From positions 2,217,008-2,276,219 of the forward strand of contig NC_068993.1 in NCBI RefSeq assembly GCF_001194135.2: a DNA stretch of 59,212 nt. Direction: 5' to 3'. Below, one piece after another: positions 13,339 to 26,419 of the stretch. The notes under the pieces were generated by a model. The model was not told the origin of the DNA, made no database searches, and was given only the letters and a program-made list of their open reading frames with translations. Each line of letters begins with the position of its first letter. The stretch's first letter is position 1. Both the position numbers and the translations under genes were made by a program. The DNA is from Octopus bimaculoides (taxonomy: Eukaryota).

Positions 13339-16300
13339 CATTTATGAATTCATTTCTACACACCTACATGGGTCTGTTGTTGATTGATAGCTTGTGTATG
13401 TCTTTGTATGTTTGTGTCAGTTCATTTGCATATTATATTGTGTCGGTGTATATATGTGTATAGTTTCATGTGTTTGATTATGCGTGAGTGTGTTTCTCCG
13501 TATATTTGTCAGTGTTATTTTGCCTTACAAATAAATTAAAATTCTCACGTAGATGTAAAGAAATGTATTCAAATCATAATGCTTCGTTCATAAGTTCACG
13601 GCATTAAATGATCCATTTTAACCCCATTTTAACCCTGTCCCGTTTTCAAGATTAAAATTAGTAGAAAAATCTATAACTCCATCCAATACGTGCCAGAATT
13701 GTCTTAATGCATTTAAGTTCAATCGTACCGATGAATACAATGATCACATATTCATAATCACTTGGAGAATATAGAATAAAAGATAACTTGCACAAGATAT
13801 TTAAACAGAAATATTAAGACAAGTGAAATGGCAATTCAATAGCATTTTTTACTCATTATGAATAATATTTGTTTTCCTCGAATGCATAGAATGCAGATAT
13901 AAAAAGAAAGAATGTATGAAAGTTTCTAACTTTCTAGAATTTTAAAATATAATTTAATCGACCATTGAGAAACATTTAATGCTTTCATCGCAAGAGATTC
14001 CTTCAGTAATATACGCTAATCTTAATAGGATATTCCCAAACAATAATTGCTGAGAAAGAATCTGGCAACGATAGCTCTTATCTTTTCATTGTTCTTGTTA
14101 CCATGGCTGCAGTCCACATAATTGTGGTTACGACTATTTCTACTATTTGTTCCTTCTTTTGGCGTCGTAGTTATTGTTGTTGCAATTTCTTTTACTTCCT
14201 AAAGCTGTTGTTGCCATAATTTTGCGGCCGTTGTTGGTGCTATAATTGTAATCATATTCACTGTTGCATTTATCATAAGGGATCTCTTCTCGTCTCTTTC
14301 TCAACATGCCTGTATGTCTGTTTGTGTGCATGTACACATTACTAATGCTTTTAAGTCATCACATAGTAGAGTGCAGCCATTGAGAAATATTTGTAATCAA
14401 TATATTCATTGGTAATCAATAAAATAATCCTAATGTGTTTGAATAGTTTGACCTTCCTCTTTCGAAAGAAATGTTAAAGCGTTTCAAGTCCACAGATATT
14501 GGCAGCGCTTCTCGTGGCTAAATTATGTAACTTCTCTAACGGTAAATACACTTGTCGTGTATTTATCCCTTTTAACTTAAAGCTGCGGGCAATACTATCC
14601 ATAGGTGTATAACTATTCTATCTCTTATTTCGACTGTCAACACATTGACTTCCAATTCCCAAATGCTTAAAATGAAACTGCTTCGGCTAAAAGGTACACA
14701 ACCTCTTTCTCCCTCTCTCTCTCCCTCTCTCTCTGAATCAAGCTAAAGTCAAGCAAGTTGAAAAGAGAGCTTGTGAAGTGACAAAACGGAGATTTGTGTC
14801 ATACAAAATTCCTGTGAATGAATATTTCTGTAGATGAAATTTCGTGTAAATCTCAATGTAGAAATCCAATGGATCTTTCTCCATATAACATATTTTCTTA
14901 ACGGTGACCCCACAGTTACAGTAGATCGACAAGATCAGTAAAGTTTCGGGCTTAATTCAGTTGCATCACATCGTGTTCTAAGTTCTAAGAGAGAGAGAAA
15001 ACTTGTCATTGCCACAATAACATTACCAAAAATAATGGAAAGACTGAAATTTGAAAACATGTCCAAAACATACATATAAATGTAAATATAGAACTTATTT
15101 AGCATGAAAACACTCGAATAAAACAGAATTCTTCAAAATATTTAGATACAATGTTCTCACGTTTACCCTTTTATGTCAGATTAGTCTACGAAACGTCAAA
15201 CCTCATTCATTTCGCCAATAGATTACTTGATAAAGGACTATTTAAGAGAAATATGTTCCTTAATTTTGGAAAACATCTGTGCTAACAGGAATCCTTAATG
15301 ATCATATGAATTGTTTCAAATTGCTGCATGATACATGTGACTGTTCGTTTATTATAATAGAGACTGTCAGAAGTGACTAAGCTAATATTACATGTATTAT
15401 TTACATGGCTAACATAAATGTAAGGTGGGTATTTAATATGCTGATTACGTTTATGAAACAAGTCTTACGCTAACCCAATTATGGTAGCTATAAATCACAA
15501 CAGTGACGGCGTTATGAGTCTGTTGATATGTTATAATCTCTCTGCTTACATTCTTAATTCGCATGTTTAACAACAGCCCAAAGCCTTTGTCGTGTCATTC
15601 TTCACGGTAATGTATATTTGAAGAGTAAAGGTAGCAATTTAAGTTGTACACGTATATGTACACACGTATAGGTATAATTATCTGTCTGCACATTCATACA
15701 AACATACATACGTAAATATACTTCTACACTATTTGTGAAAATTTCTTGACTGTTGATCGAATAAACGATCCAAATGATTGCCTTCTATCCCATCATGCCG
15801 TTGTAACATAACTTAAATTAATAAAAGTAAACAAAAAAATAGAACAGCGAATAGTAGAATCTACGAGAGAAACCTCTAATATGATCAGTTGATCTGCTGG
15901 AAGTAACATACACATCGTCCTCAAATAACAAACTCCCCTACTCCACTAACTCTCCCTCTCTCTCCTATCACACTGCTGCACAGACGAAGACAATCATTAT
16001 TTTGTTTCTCCTTTGAGTATCTCTTGATAAGATGGCATTTACAAAATTGTCTGAAGCAACTCTACCAAAGTTTATAGTTTCTATTAATTTCTGAAATACT
16101 TTGAAATGGAATGAAACATAGTAATTTGACAACACACACACACACACACACACACACAGCGGAGAATGTGAAGGAGATAATCTTACATTAGTCATATTTG
16201 AAAATATTCAAGAGAACTAGATGGAACTCGTTTGACAGTGTCAGGGACATGCGGTGCGCATAGACAACTTATTTTAAGGTACCGTGTTATAATCAGTCAA

Positions 16301-16841
16301 AGATATTTCTAAAATCAACACTATGAGATTAAGTTTGTCGCATTTCTTAAGAATAAAGTACCGCTGGTTTGCAGAATTGGCTATTTGTAGAACATCAAAC
16401 AAATGATCACTGAACACAGAACAAAAGTGAAAATGATTTAACGAGAGGTTATTTACGTTTGGAATATTAAAAGCGGAAGTAGTGTCCAGAGAGTTTTCAG
16501 AGTTATAGCGTTGTAATTCCGATAAACTGGATGAACTCTTGCTCCAGCAAGTTTAATAGGCACGCTCCGATAAATATACAATGCAGAGCATTGTGAGAAT
16601 AAACACAGATAAAACGTACTCTGTCTCAAATGCACTAGAGTAATAAAGTAAAGACCGGTAGCCTTCTGTTAACATAAATACGGAAGTGTTGGCATTAAGT
16701 GAATTCGTGCATGCAGTTAGCAAGCAGAGTGTTTGGAGAACGAGACATTTATTTTAGTTAAGACTATGAGGATGATTATAACTAAACATGTTTTAACGTA
16801 TATGCACGAGATAACTGAAACAGATGGTAGTTCAGAGGATA

Positions 16842-16892
<51 letters not shown>

Positions 16893-17643
16893 CATACATA
16901 CATGCATACAAATGTTCATCTCTGTAAACATGCACATACGTACGCACATACACAGACACACATACACATACATATATCTATATGCATATTTTGTTTCTTG
17001 TAACTAGATTTCCATATTGTGATTTTAGTTTACACCAATGCGCCGTCAGAACCAGTTTGCAAGATTTCGGTTATTAGCAGTTATGGCTATGAATAGAATT
17101 CCCACAAATAATTTTGGCAAAAAAGAAAAAAACGATCTTCTGTAAATTTTATATATAGTTCACCAAGTGACCACTTTCAGGTGTCATTGCATACAGATAC
17201 AGTGGATCTCGTTCAATAATATTGATTACACAGTAATTGAAAGAGGGCGGGAGTATATGGGTGGCAATGAGGGAGTAAATGTTTGACTTATCTTTTTATC
17301 GGATATGAACCCTGAATACTGAAAAAGCGAACGTACAATCAAAGAACCTTTTGCAATTAACACCTTTGTTTTGGGGGATATTGCATCAAAGAATATTTTA
17401 ATCAATGATTCTGGCCTTTCTTAAAACTGCAGGTTGTTGTTTAACAGATACTTGGCATCAATATCTGTCTGATCAAGCGTAATGCTAGAAGGACTTTTAC
17501 TGGATGACCAAAGTATGCTTTGAAATTCAAGTAAGAAGAAATAGATAAAAGCGACTCAGAGTTCATGGCTTGTTATTTAAGGATCCAAAGTAGTGACAAG
17601 AATGGGTGGTTTATTATTGTACATACATATTTATGTATGTATG

Positions 17644-17689
<46 letters not shown>

Positions 17690-17769
17690 TGTATGCATGC
17701 ATACATACTCCACCACTATGAGTACTCCACCAAAGAGCGAACTATTAACGTAGTCGTCAGGGTGTTTCA

Positions 17770-17900
17770 GCGTGGCACAGTGTTGACTGGTGCAACGTGA
17801 AATAAAGAGTCTTACTGAGAGACAAAGCACAGCATTGAGAATGGAACACACGATCATAAGATCGTGGGCCAAATTAATTAACCACTAAGCCACGCGCTTT
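17770..17900 (-). mobile_element. tRNA-derived SINE 5' part, diverged
   Basis: gcaacgtgaaataaagagtctt...cacgatcataagatcgtgggcc...aaccactaagccacgcgc is the reverse complement of a box A/box B head (GCGCGTGGCTTAGTGGTT). Confidence 0.75.
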
Positions 17901-18071
17901 CAAATATACACATACCATTAAATGTTTTGAACAATATGCTGAAATGTAAAATTAGGGAATTCATTTCCATAAAAAACAAAGACAAAAACGAACAGGATTT
18001 TTAATTATGACAAATATCAGCGTAGGGGCTGCTATCCATTATGTATGCCTTCCTATTTCATCGATCAACAA

Positions 18072-18107
18072 GGTTAGGGTTAGGGTTCGGGTTAGGGTTA
18101 GGGTTAG
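18072..18107 (+). repeat. Interstitial (TTAGGG)n-like tract
   Basis: ggTTAGGGTTAGGGTTCGGGTTAGGGTTAGGGTTAG: five units plus a partial one, with one variant unit. Confidence 0.9.
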
Positions 18108-18219
18108 CGAAAACATATAATTTTTCTCATGAATTCTTTTTCCGAAATATTCATAGCAGCAATCATTTGTCTAAAATTTCTATCTATCTATTTATCTATC
18201 TATCTATGTGTGTGCATGC

Positions 18220-18253
<34 letters not shown>

Positions 18254-18257
18254 ATAG

Positions 18258-18323
<66 letters not shown>

Positions 18324-18699
18324 CCCTGAAATCCGAATACTTCATTTAGAGAATTAACATTGTATATGTATATATATATATATATATACACATTTATGAA
18401 TATATATATGTATATATATACTTAAATATATATATACATATGTATATATATTTATGTATGCATATATATGTATATATAATGCATGTATATATGTATGTAT
18501 GTGTGTATGTGTGTATGTGATGCGTTACATGTAGGGTCATTTATCATTTCATTAAAGCAGTTTTCACAAGTGAAGAGGCAAAGATCTAGAAATATCAGAG
18601 AATAAATATATCAGAAACAAAATAATTCACGGACGAAAACGATGTCAACCTAATCAAAGTAACCATAAATCTCAATGTGAACACTTCCACCATTTACAC

Positions 18700-18905
18700 C
18701 AACATCCTCGTTGTTGTTGTTGTTGTTGTCGTCGTCGTCGCTATCATCATCATCATCGACGTTGTCGTCACCACTACTACCACCACCACCACCACCACCA
18801 CCACCACCACCATCATTGATGTCATTATTATCATCGTCGTCGTCGTCATCATCATCATCATCATCAACTTCCTTGTAGTTGTTATTATCATCATCATCAT
18901 CATCG

Positions 18906-18949
<44 letters not shown>

Positions 18950-19042
18950 TTTGCCATCATTATGAACTACATCGTTGCCCGGTGGTGGCCGTCGTTTTCG
19001 TCATTTTCATCATGATAATGATAATAATGATCATCATCATCG
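18700..19042. repeat. Triplet mosaic (GTT/GTC/CAT/CAC)n
   Basis: Directly visible. Confidence 0.95.
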
Positions 19043-19699
19043 ACTAAAATTGACTCTTCTACACAAAACAATGCAAACGTACCTCGTATGCCTATGTTTA
19101 GGCGCAATTAGTGAGGTGTGTTCATATCTATGCTGTAGACCCTCTTGAAGGCGATCTGTACCAGAGGCCTGCAAAATAAACTATCAAACTTTACACTTTA
19201 TCTAGAAATTCCCGGTAGATATTGTATCAAATTTCCCTATGAATTCGTCATAAATAAAATTATACGATGAATATACCTTAGGCACCAGACTGAAATTTGT
19301 ATATTTGCCATACCTCAACTCTCATGAAACTCGAAATAAAATCATGGCATTATGTTCTAACGTAATTTGTTTCATGTGTACAATGAATGTAATGACTGAT
19401 TCAAGACAACCCGTGGGTCTAGGTTAGAGGTGAATCAGTTCTTTCTCATTGACCTTGGTCTAGTGGTTGGTTAGGCTAAACCTACTGGATAACTTACTTT
19501 AGCATACATGCTAGAAGCATATACATTTTCTCACGATAAAGGAATTATTCTATCGGGCCCCGTAATGCAGTCAGCGCTGCAGCAATTTTTTTCGATTTAA
19601 TTTCCCTATTAAACAAGATTCTTTAAGTTTGACATACATATTATTGCGACTTCCATACAAATTCTAACGTAATTTTGCTAATACTATGATGAATACCTG

Positions 19700-19815
19700 A
19701 AGTGTAATTGTTCGGGCATTGACCTAAAGATCTTTGGGTTATGGATTCAATTCCTGGTCTGAATGGTGCGTTGTGCATTTGCGCAACATACTTCCTTTCA
19801 CGTTGATCCAGTCTT
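19700..19815 (+). mobile_element. tRNA-derived SINE head, diverged (same type as 17770 and 53238 copies)
   Basis: ggattcaattcctggtctgaatggtgcgttgtg...tttcacgttgatccagtc, with a box-B-like motif. Confidence 0.65.
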
Positions 19816-20875
19816 TTAAACAGAAACGCTCTTCGTCTACGCATACACAATACACACACACACGTATCCGCATAGACACACACAGAGGCACACACACAGA
19901 GCCATAAATGCATGCTATGAGCGAAGTATTTGGATTGCTCATATCTTCCAAGTGTAGATACCAGCTGTCACTGAACTGAGTGCAGGAAATATGATGGAAA
20001 TAAATGAAAAGGTATAATATTTAAATTATATGTTCGATATTTGGTAGAAAGAGAAATTATTAAGAGATGATGAGTTAGCTATGAGCAAGTGTTTATAGGA
20101 CATTAATGCTTGAACATATCTTTCACGATAAGGCCTGAAAATAGTCACGGATAGATGAACAGATTGGCAGATATATAAATATAGAGACTGACAAATTGCC
20201 GGATAAAAGTATATAAATATCTAGATTGATACAGAGAAACGTCGACAGATAAATAAATTTGTCATCGGAATAGGATTTCTGTTTATATAAAAATAGCCCG
20301 AAAGAAATAAGAATATGGCACGTTAACCTCCAAGGTTATGGATGGTCACTATTCAATGTGCATTAACAGAGTGTGATCAAATTGGTATATGAAGATATGC
20401 TTTATAAACGTTAGATCACAGGTGAGGGTAAAAAGTGACTGTTCAATTAAAACATTGACTGGTATAGGTAAGACAAATAATCGAGCTGTTTTTGCATATG
20501 TGATAGGAAGCGATGAGAATTTTCTGACTAAAAATTGCCCAAACAATGAGTGGAAGGTCGCCACTGGATGAAAAATCTGAGATGGAGGTGGAATGTCTGT
20601 CTTTGGTGCGTGGCTTAGGATATGTAAACGCATCCAATATTAGAAACGGTTAAGATTACTGCCGTGATTATGTAATGTGTCTACATGTACATATGTGTGT
20701 ATATGTGTATGAATGTGTGTATGTGTGCGTATGTGTGAGAGTGTGTGTATGTGTGTGTGAGAGTGTGTGTCTGTGTGTTTTTGTGACTGCCATTTGCAAT
20801 ACAAATGAATTTGAGCACTTCAGTCCTTAGAGTGCAAATATATTTTATAGTGAATGAGTTAGCATAAAAGCGTAC

Positions 20876-20906
<31 letters not shown>

Positions 20907-20948
20907 TATTCAGACGGGAGAGAGTGAGTGAGTGAGAGAGAGAGAAAG

Positions 20949-20979
<31 letters not shown>

Positions 20980-21342
20980 TGTACTTGCTACCAGTTATTT
21001 CATATTTTGGAGAGCTGAGATAAGCTTATTTTTGCAACGTATTTTCCACAACTTGTCATTCCATTTTCATTTTACTGAAAATTTTCCCAAATAGCAATTT
21101 TAGTAAATGCTAATTATATGAGAATAGAAGATTCCTTCCAGAGACTGAAATTGCTATCACATTACAAGTGTCTATGTTACACTACTCAAGATGGCGTTGA
21201 TTATTACAATAAGACGATTTTATTAGACATATATGCATGCATAAAGAACTATGTATATTTACATATATACACACACGCACACACACATGCGCACGCCTGT
21301 GTGTGTGACTGAATGTGTACAAATATGTGTATCTCTATCTCT

Positions 21343-21385
<43 letters not shown>

Positions 21386-21431
21386 TATATGTGTGTGTAC
21401 AAGTAAGTGTACACTCTACTTCTCCCTATAT

Positions 21432-21468
21432 NNNNNNNNNNNNNNNNNNNNNNNNNNNNNNNNNNNNN
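21432..21468. other. Assembly gap
   Basis: N run in (TA)n. Confidence 1.
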
Positions 21469-22234
21469 TATATATATATATATATATATATATGTTTATA
21501 TACATGCATATTTATGTATGTCTATCTATATATACATGTACATATATTATATATGCATATGTACATATATTTATATATATATAAGTATATACACACATAT
21601 ATATGTACATATATACATATACATATTTGTATATAGTCTTTTACACACTCACCCACACATACACATGCATATAAATGAACAGATATGTGCTCTAGCACAC
21701 ATATGTATAGGGAGATATCTCTATATACATGTATGGCTAAATGTGAATTGAATAAACTATTTTAAAATAACGGTTATACAACTATGATATATGTGCATAG
21801 GTAGGTTATTATGTGTGTGCGCCAGAATGTGTACAGGCGTCATTTAAATTCAAACGTTATCTGCTACTGATACTAGAAATATATTTGGCTAGTTAATCAT
21901 TCTTTACAGTAGAGTTGCCTACAAATTTTAATACGCTGGAACTTCTAGCTGACGTTTGAAAATCCAGGAATTAAAAAAATAACGAAAACTAACGAAAATA
22001 GAATTTTATGCATGCTTCATATCAAAAGAGTTGAAATATATTAAATGTTTAAATTAAATGTTTCTAGTCTTTCAAAAAATTGTTTACTCGGATGCTTTTC
22101 TGACAAGATATACAAAATAAGCTAAGACATACGGATGTGGGGACCTTCATGATTTGCATCTAGATATTTGGTAAATACCAAAGTATTAGTCTTTTTTTAA
22201 ATAGAATGTAAGACGCATAGGCAGTACTAGACTT

Positions 22235-22430
22235 TGTTGAAATTTTAAGCATCGATATAACCAGCTCGGTTGACCATCTTAAAACTCTGATAAATGCCAG
22301 CTTCCTGCAGCACTGAGACCATCAAATCAAGTAATTTCAACTTTCCTTGGTCTTATCAACGATAGACAGTCGGCCACTACATTGTATATTCCATGTTTAT
22401 CTATATTTCGATTACCACCACCATCACGAT
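22235..22430 (-). mobile_element. Decayed L1/Tx1-like LINE RT fragment
   Basis: Shifting frames give ADCLSL/DQGKLKLLDLMVSVLQEAGIYQSFKMV, resembling the ALISLDQxKAFDRVDHxYLxxVL..G..F region of L1/Tx1 RTs. Confidence 0.4.
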
Positions 22431-23109
22431 CAGCATTGTCTGTAGTCACTATGTTGTATACAAAATGAAAGTATTCGCTTAATTGTCGTTAACACTTACT
22501 GACTACTACCACAACGATTTCGGAGGAAGTCGACGGCCTCAAATTGTTCAATACCAGACCAACGAGACTTATTTGATGTCATACGTCTAAATAAATTACA
22601 TAACTATAATATCACGTGGTACCTTTAATGGACAATAGCATATGTGGTATATTATCTTGCTGATAGCTAGGAAAAGATCAGATAGGGTGTGACAAGAAAG
22701 CCTATCAGATTCGCCATTAGTGATAAACTCTCCAACAGCAAAGGTACGGGGTTAAAATAAGATGCTACTTGATAACCAAACGCTAAACCAATAGCAACGT
22801 CGTTAACACGTGCTTAAACGTAGAAGCGCCGGACTAATTGCCGTGTAATATATCGGTCGTTTTTCTGCCTCACGCTGTATTTACAATGATAGCGTCACAA
22901 TGAAAAAAATTATTTTCACACATCTAAAACTGGAATTTGCATTTTGGGATTCTCCGAACAAGTGTGTGTAAAGAATTACATTGATGATTATTCGTCGAAA
23001 TAGTTCAAAAGAAGAAAATTGCACCGAGTCATTTAATAATTTGAAAATGTGATATATTGTTCAATGAAGCAGTCAGACTTTGTTTGAAATGAAATAGCCA
23101 TATCAATTT

Positions 23110-23600
23110 TCATTGTCAGAACATGTTTATTCTAAGTGTATAGATTAGGTTTGAATGGAACAGCAGCAAGCCGCAAGATATAGCGATTAGCATTTTGGCT
23201 AGAATAAAGTGATTGGATTCTTTGGTCATTAATGACTGATAAATTTTTATCAGGTGATGAAACATTTAATGATACACCCTGTGGACGATGGTTAGCCATC
23301 GTTGATGATAATGAACTTAAGGCTGGCATTGAAACATCAAAATGCATTGAAGCTAAATGTGCCAAAAGCTCTCTGAAAGATTTAATGTGAGCAATTAAAC
23401 CATTCATCTGTATTGTGTCAAATGGGAAAGGTGCACAGAGTAAATGGATTCCGGATGAACTCATAAGAGACGGCAGACTCCAGAGGCTATAAAAGCTGAT
23501 TGTCACAGCTTTAACATAAAAAATAGTGAAACATTGTTGATGTGTTGTTAATGAGTGATGGAAAGTTGTTGCCTTACAGTAACTTCAAATGATCACACGA
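23110..23600 (+). mobile_element. Decayed mariner transposase N-terminal half
   Basis: YRLGLNGTAASRKI, KFLSGDETFNDTPCGRWLAIVDDNELKA, SKWIPDEL (WVPHEL) and SDGKLLPYSN (like CDEKWILYDN). Contains stops and frameshifts. Confidence 0.8.
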
Positions 23601-23609
23601 TTGTTATCG

Positions 23610-24110
23610 TTGAAGAATACTACACTCAACTAACAAAAGTGTCTAATTTGTATAACAGACTTGTTGCTGTTCATTTATTCCACGTTTTGACTGAATACCA
23701 ATGTATTCTTTTCACAGACAGTAAGTTTAAACTAGTGGCTACCGTTCAATATCAATTGTACCACTAGCTAGAAATAACATGTAAATATTCTCTCAACACA
23801 CACTGTGTGATCATGAGTAAAGAAGGATCCATTGCACAGAATGACTTGAAATGGTCACGGTTGGAACACTTATTCACAGATTGGCTCCAGTTCAGTAGTA
23901 ATGAATTGTAAACGACACAGCAACAGAATTGTGATACAGAGAATCAATTCTACGCTTGTATTTCTCAGTTAGATGTGTTTTACTATATTTTGAAAACAGG
24001 TTGATACAAGAAACTTGGTAGAGTTCCAGTAGTGGAAATTTTAGCCAGACGTTCCCGTGGCATACTACTAAGACAAGTGGCTGAATCAGCCTGAATACGA
24101 GAAGAGGAAC
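23610..24110 (+). mobile_element. Decayed Gypsy LTR-retrotransposon RNase H region
   Basis: SNLYNRLVAVHLFHVLTEYQCILFTDSK resembles RELLAxYLAxxHF..LEG..FxxFTDHKPL. Downstream sequence is heavily decayed. Confidence 0.5.
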
Positions 24111-25285
24111 CTAGTTCAAGCGTAAGTCTGAATATAGGTCTAAGAATGTACTGTACTCTAAAGAATGTTCATGATCTATCTCTCCTCTTTAGATCACTGT
24201 GTGAGTGAATGTTGATACATATGCATAATATCTATATATAGGTGTTATGTGTATGAATAAATTCATGTGTATGTATATGTGTGTGTGTGGGCATATATAT
24301 CTTTTCCTTCTATCTATGTAATTATGTATGTATATATGTATCTGTCTATCTACTTATCTACTTATCTACTTATTTATTTATGTATTACATGCCTGTCTTT
24401 CTGACTGTCATCTCTGTCACGAATATATTTGAGTGCATGTGTACTTGTGTGCGAATGTGTGTCTGTGTGAATGCGTCCGCGAGTGTGTCTGTGTATATGT
24501 ATATAGGTATGTTTATATGAATATAAGTTCATGAGTTTTATACGTTCATGTATACACACGAGTGTGACGAAGGAGGAGGAGAAAGCAGAAAAATTTGTCA
24601 GGAGGTTTTTGTTGTTTAGAAAACAGTTGCCATTATCTTGCCAAGTTAAGTAAATTTTTGCATAGAAATTTTCTGTAGATAGGTACAGTGAAGAATTATA
24701 TATGAATAAATAAACATAAATATAAGCAACAACTGCAACGACATTGATGTGTAAGACATAGAACTGAACTGTAAAGTGTGCGAAACAGTATAATTACTGG
24801 TATTGTAATTTCATTAATCAGAACTGATAAACTACGTTTCTCAGTAATTTCACCTGACAGTAGAAAGGTAGCATTTACCACTTTAAAATCAATAATTTAA
24901 CTTAGCTTTTAGAGATAGCGATAGAGTTTCACAAAGCCTCTCTAAATTCTATTGTTTAGTCACATTTTGCACCTGACTTTTCACAGGTTTCGAAATAAAA
25001 ATATAATGAAAGAACAAAAAATATCAACTCAAAAGAAATTGCTTAGTATCGCATCGAATGATTTGCAGTAAGGATTGGCTTTTTTGTTATTTATTTAAAT
25101 ATATTCTTTTCAAGTTGTTCCTTGACTAGAGTCTATTTACTGCTGCACAGTGTCGTAATCAGTTAGTTAAGGCAATTGACACAGCTCTATATTGCAATGG
25201 CTTCCTTATATATCAACAATGAAAAACGTTTAATCATACTCTACACTCACTGATTTTAAGAAGAAAGTCTGCAACTGGGGAACAA

Positions 25286-25286
<1 letters not shown>

Positions 25287-25352
<66 letters not shown>
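25287..25352. repeat. (AAT)n microsatellite
   Basis: Directly visible. Confidence 0.98.
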
Positions 25353-25355
<3 letters not shown>

Positions 25356-25419
25356 GCCATTACGCCATATGCCGTCTATAATAACGATCCATCAGATGGG
25401 TGGTTATGATGGGTATACT

Positions 25420-25490
25420 AGGCTTCATCAGGTGTCTTGGAGAAATTTCGAACTTGGGTTCTCATTCCTAAGGTATTTTTCGATGTTGTT
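25420..25490 (-). mobile_element. Fragment of an octopus Penelope-type (PLE-associated) dispersed repeat
   Basis: Minus strand catcgaaaaataccttaggaatgagaacccaagttcgaaatttctccaagacacCTGATGAag matches a recalled octopus repeat. The PLE link is inferred from the CTGATGA core. Confidence 0.5.
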
Positions 25491-25589
25491 GTTGTTGTTA
25501 TTATTATTATTATTATTATTATTGTTGTTGTTGTTGTTCAGGTAACTGCTTGGAATGAACTCGGAATCAACACACACACGCACGGACAC

Positions 25590-25610
25590 NNNNNNNNNNN
25601 NNNNNNNNNN
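25590..25610. other. Assembly gap
   Basis: N run. Confidence 1.
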
Positions 25611-25744
25611 CCACACAACCGCCGTAGTTTGAAAAGTTTTTTTTATTATTATTATCGATCATATCAACCACTGTGCGTCTTAAGGCTTAGAAATGATTTT
25701 ATTGACTCTCATGCGTGTTTCGAGTGACGCTTACAGTATTAATA

Positions 25745-25829
25745 AAAACGACAGTGGTACTGATGACGATGACAATAACAAGATCAACAACAACGAGAAT
25801 TACCACGACGACGACAACAACAACAACAC

Positions 25830-25876
<47 letters not shown>

Positions 25877-25877
25877 G

Positions 25878-25910
<33 letters not shown>

Positions 25911-26135
25911 GATAATAATAATTGCATTCATAATGGTTATGAGAATGATGATGATAATTGAGGTGGTCACAATAATAGTAATAACAATGGTATGATAAAT
26001 GGCGGTGATGAAAGCGTTGAAAATGATGATAATGAAAATAATAACGTTGATGTTTATGGGGCTGATTATATAGGTTGTAATGTTGTTAGTGATAGTGATC
26101 ATAACAGTGAAAATAATACTGGTAGTAGTAGTATT
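25745..26135. repeat. (AAC/GAC/AAT/GAT)n triplet mosaic
   Basis: Directly visible. Confidence 0.92.
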
Positions 26136-26383
26136 AAGAGGAATTGTTAATCATATCTAATAATGGTAATAACAGATAAAAATGACGTCGAAAGCAAAGA
26201 CATTCGGACGAATATCAAATTTCAAAGTTAGTCTCTTATACATTTTCTACAGTTTAATGATAAAAGTAAATGACTTCATAAGTTACTAACATATTAATAA
26301 GTCATAGTTTCCTTTCTTTCTCTCCCTCTGTCCCTTCTCTCTCTCTCTCAGTCTCCCCTGTGTTCATAGCTCTTTTGTCGTAG

Positions 26384-26419
26384 GCATCTCTACATTTGTT
26401 AAAATCCCAATTCTCACAC
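26384..26419 (+). CDS. Candidate 36-nt micro-exon
   Basis: Long pyrimidine tract ending tcttttgtcgtag, donor CAC|gtaagt. Open as GISTFVKIPILT (phase 1) or ASLHLLKSQFSH (phase 0). Confidence 0.3.

Noticed and set aside
16390-16660. Transmembrane-plus-tail-like reading on the minus strand
   Set aside because: An in-frame TAA splits it, and the alternative frames give no recognisable protein.
20349-20637. Overlapping ORFs on both strands
   Set aside because: No motif and no convincing splice pair or start context.
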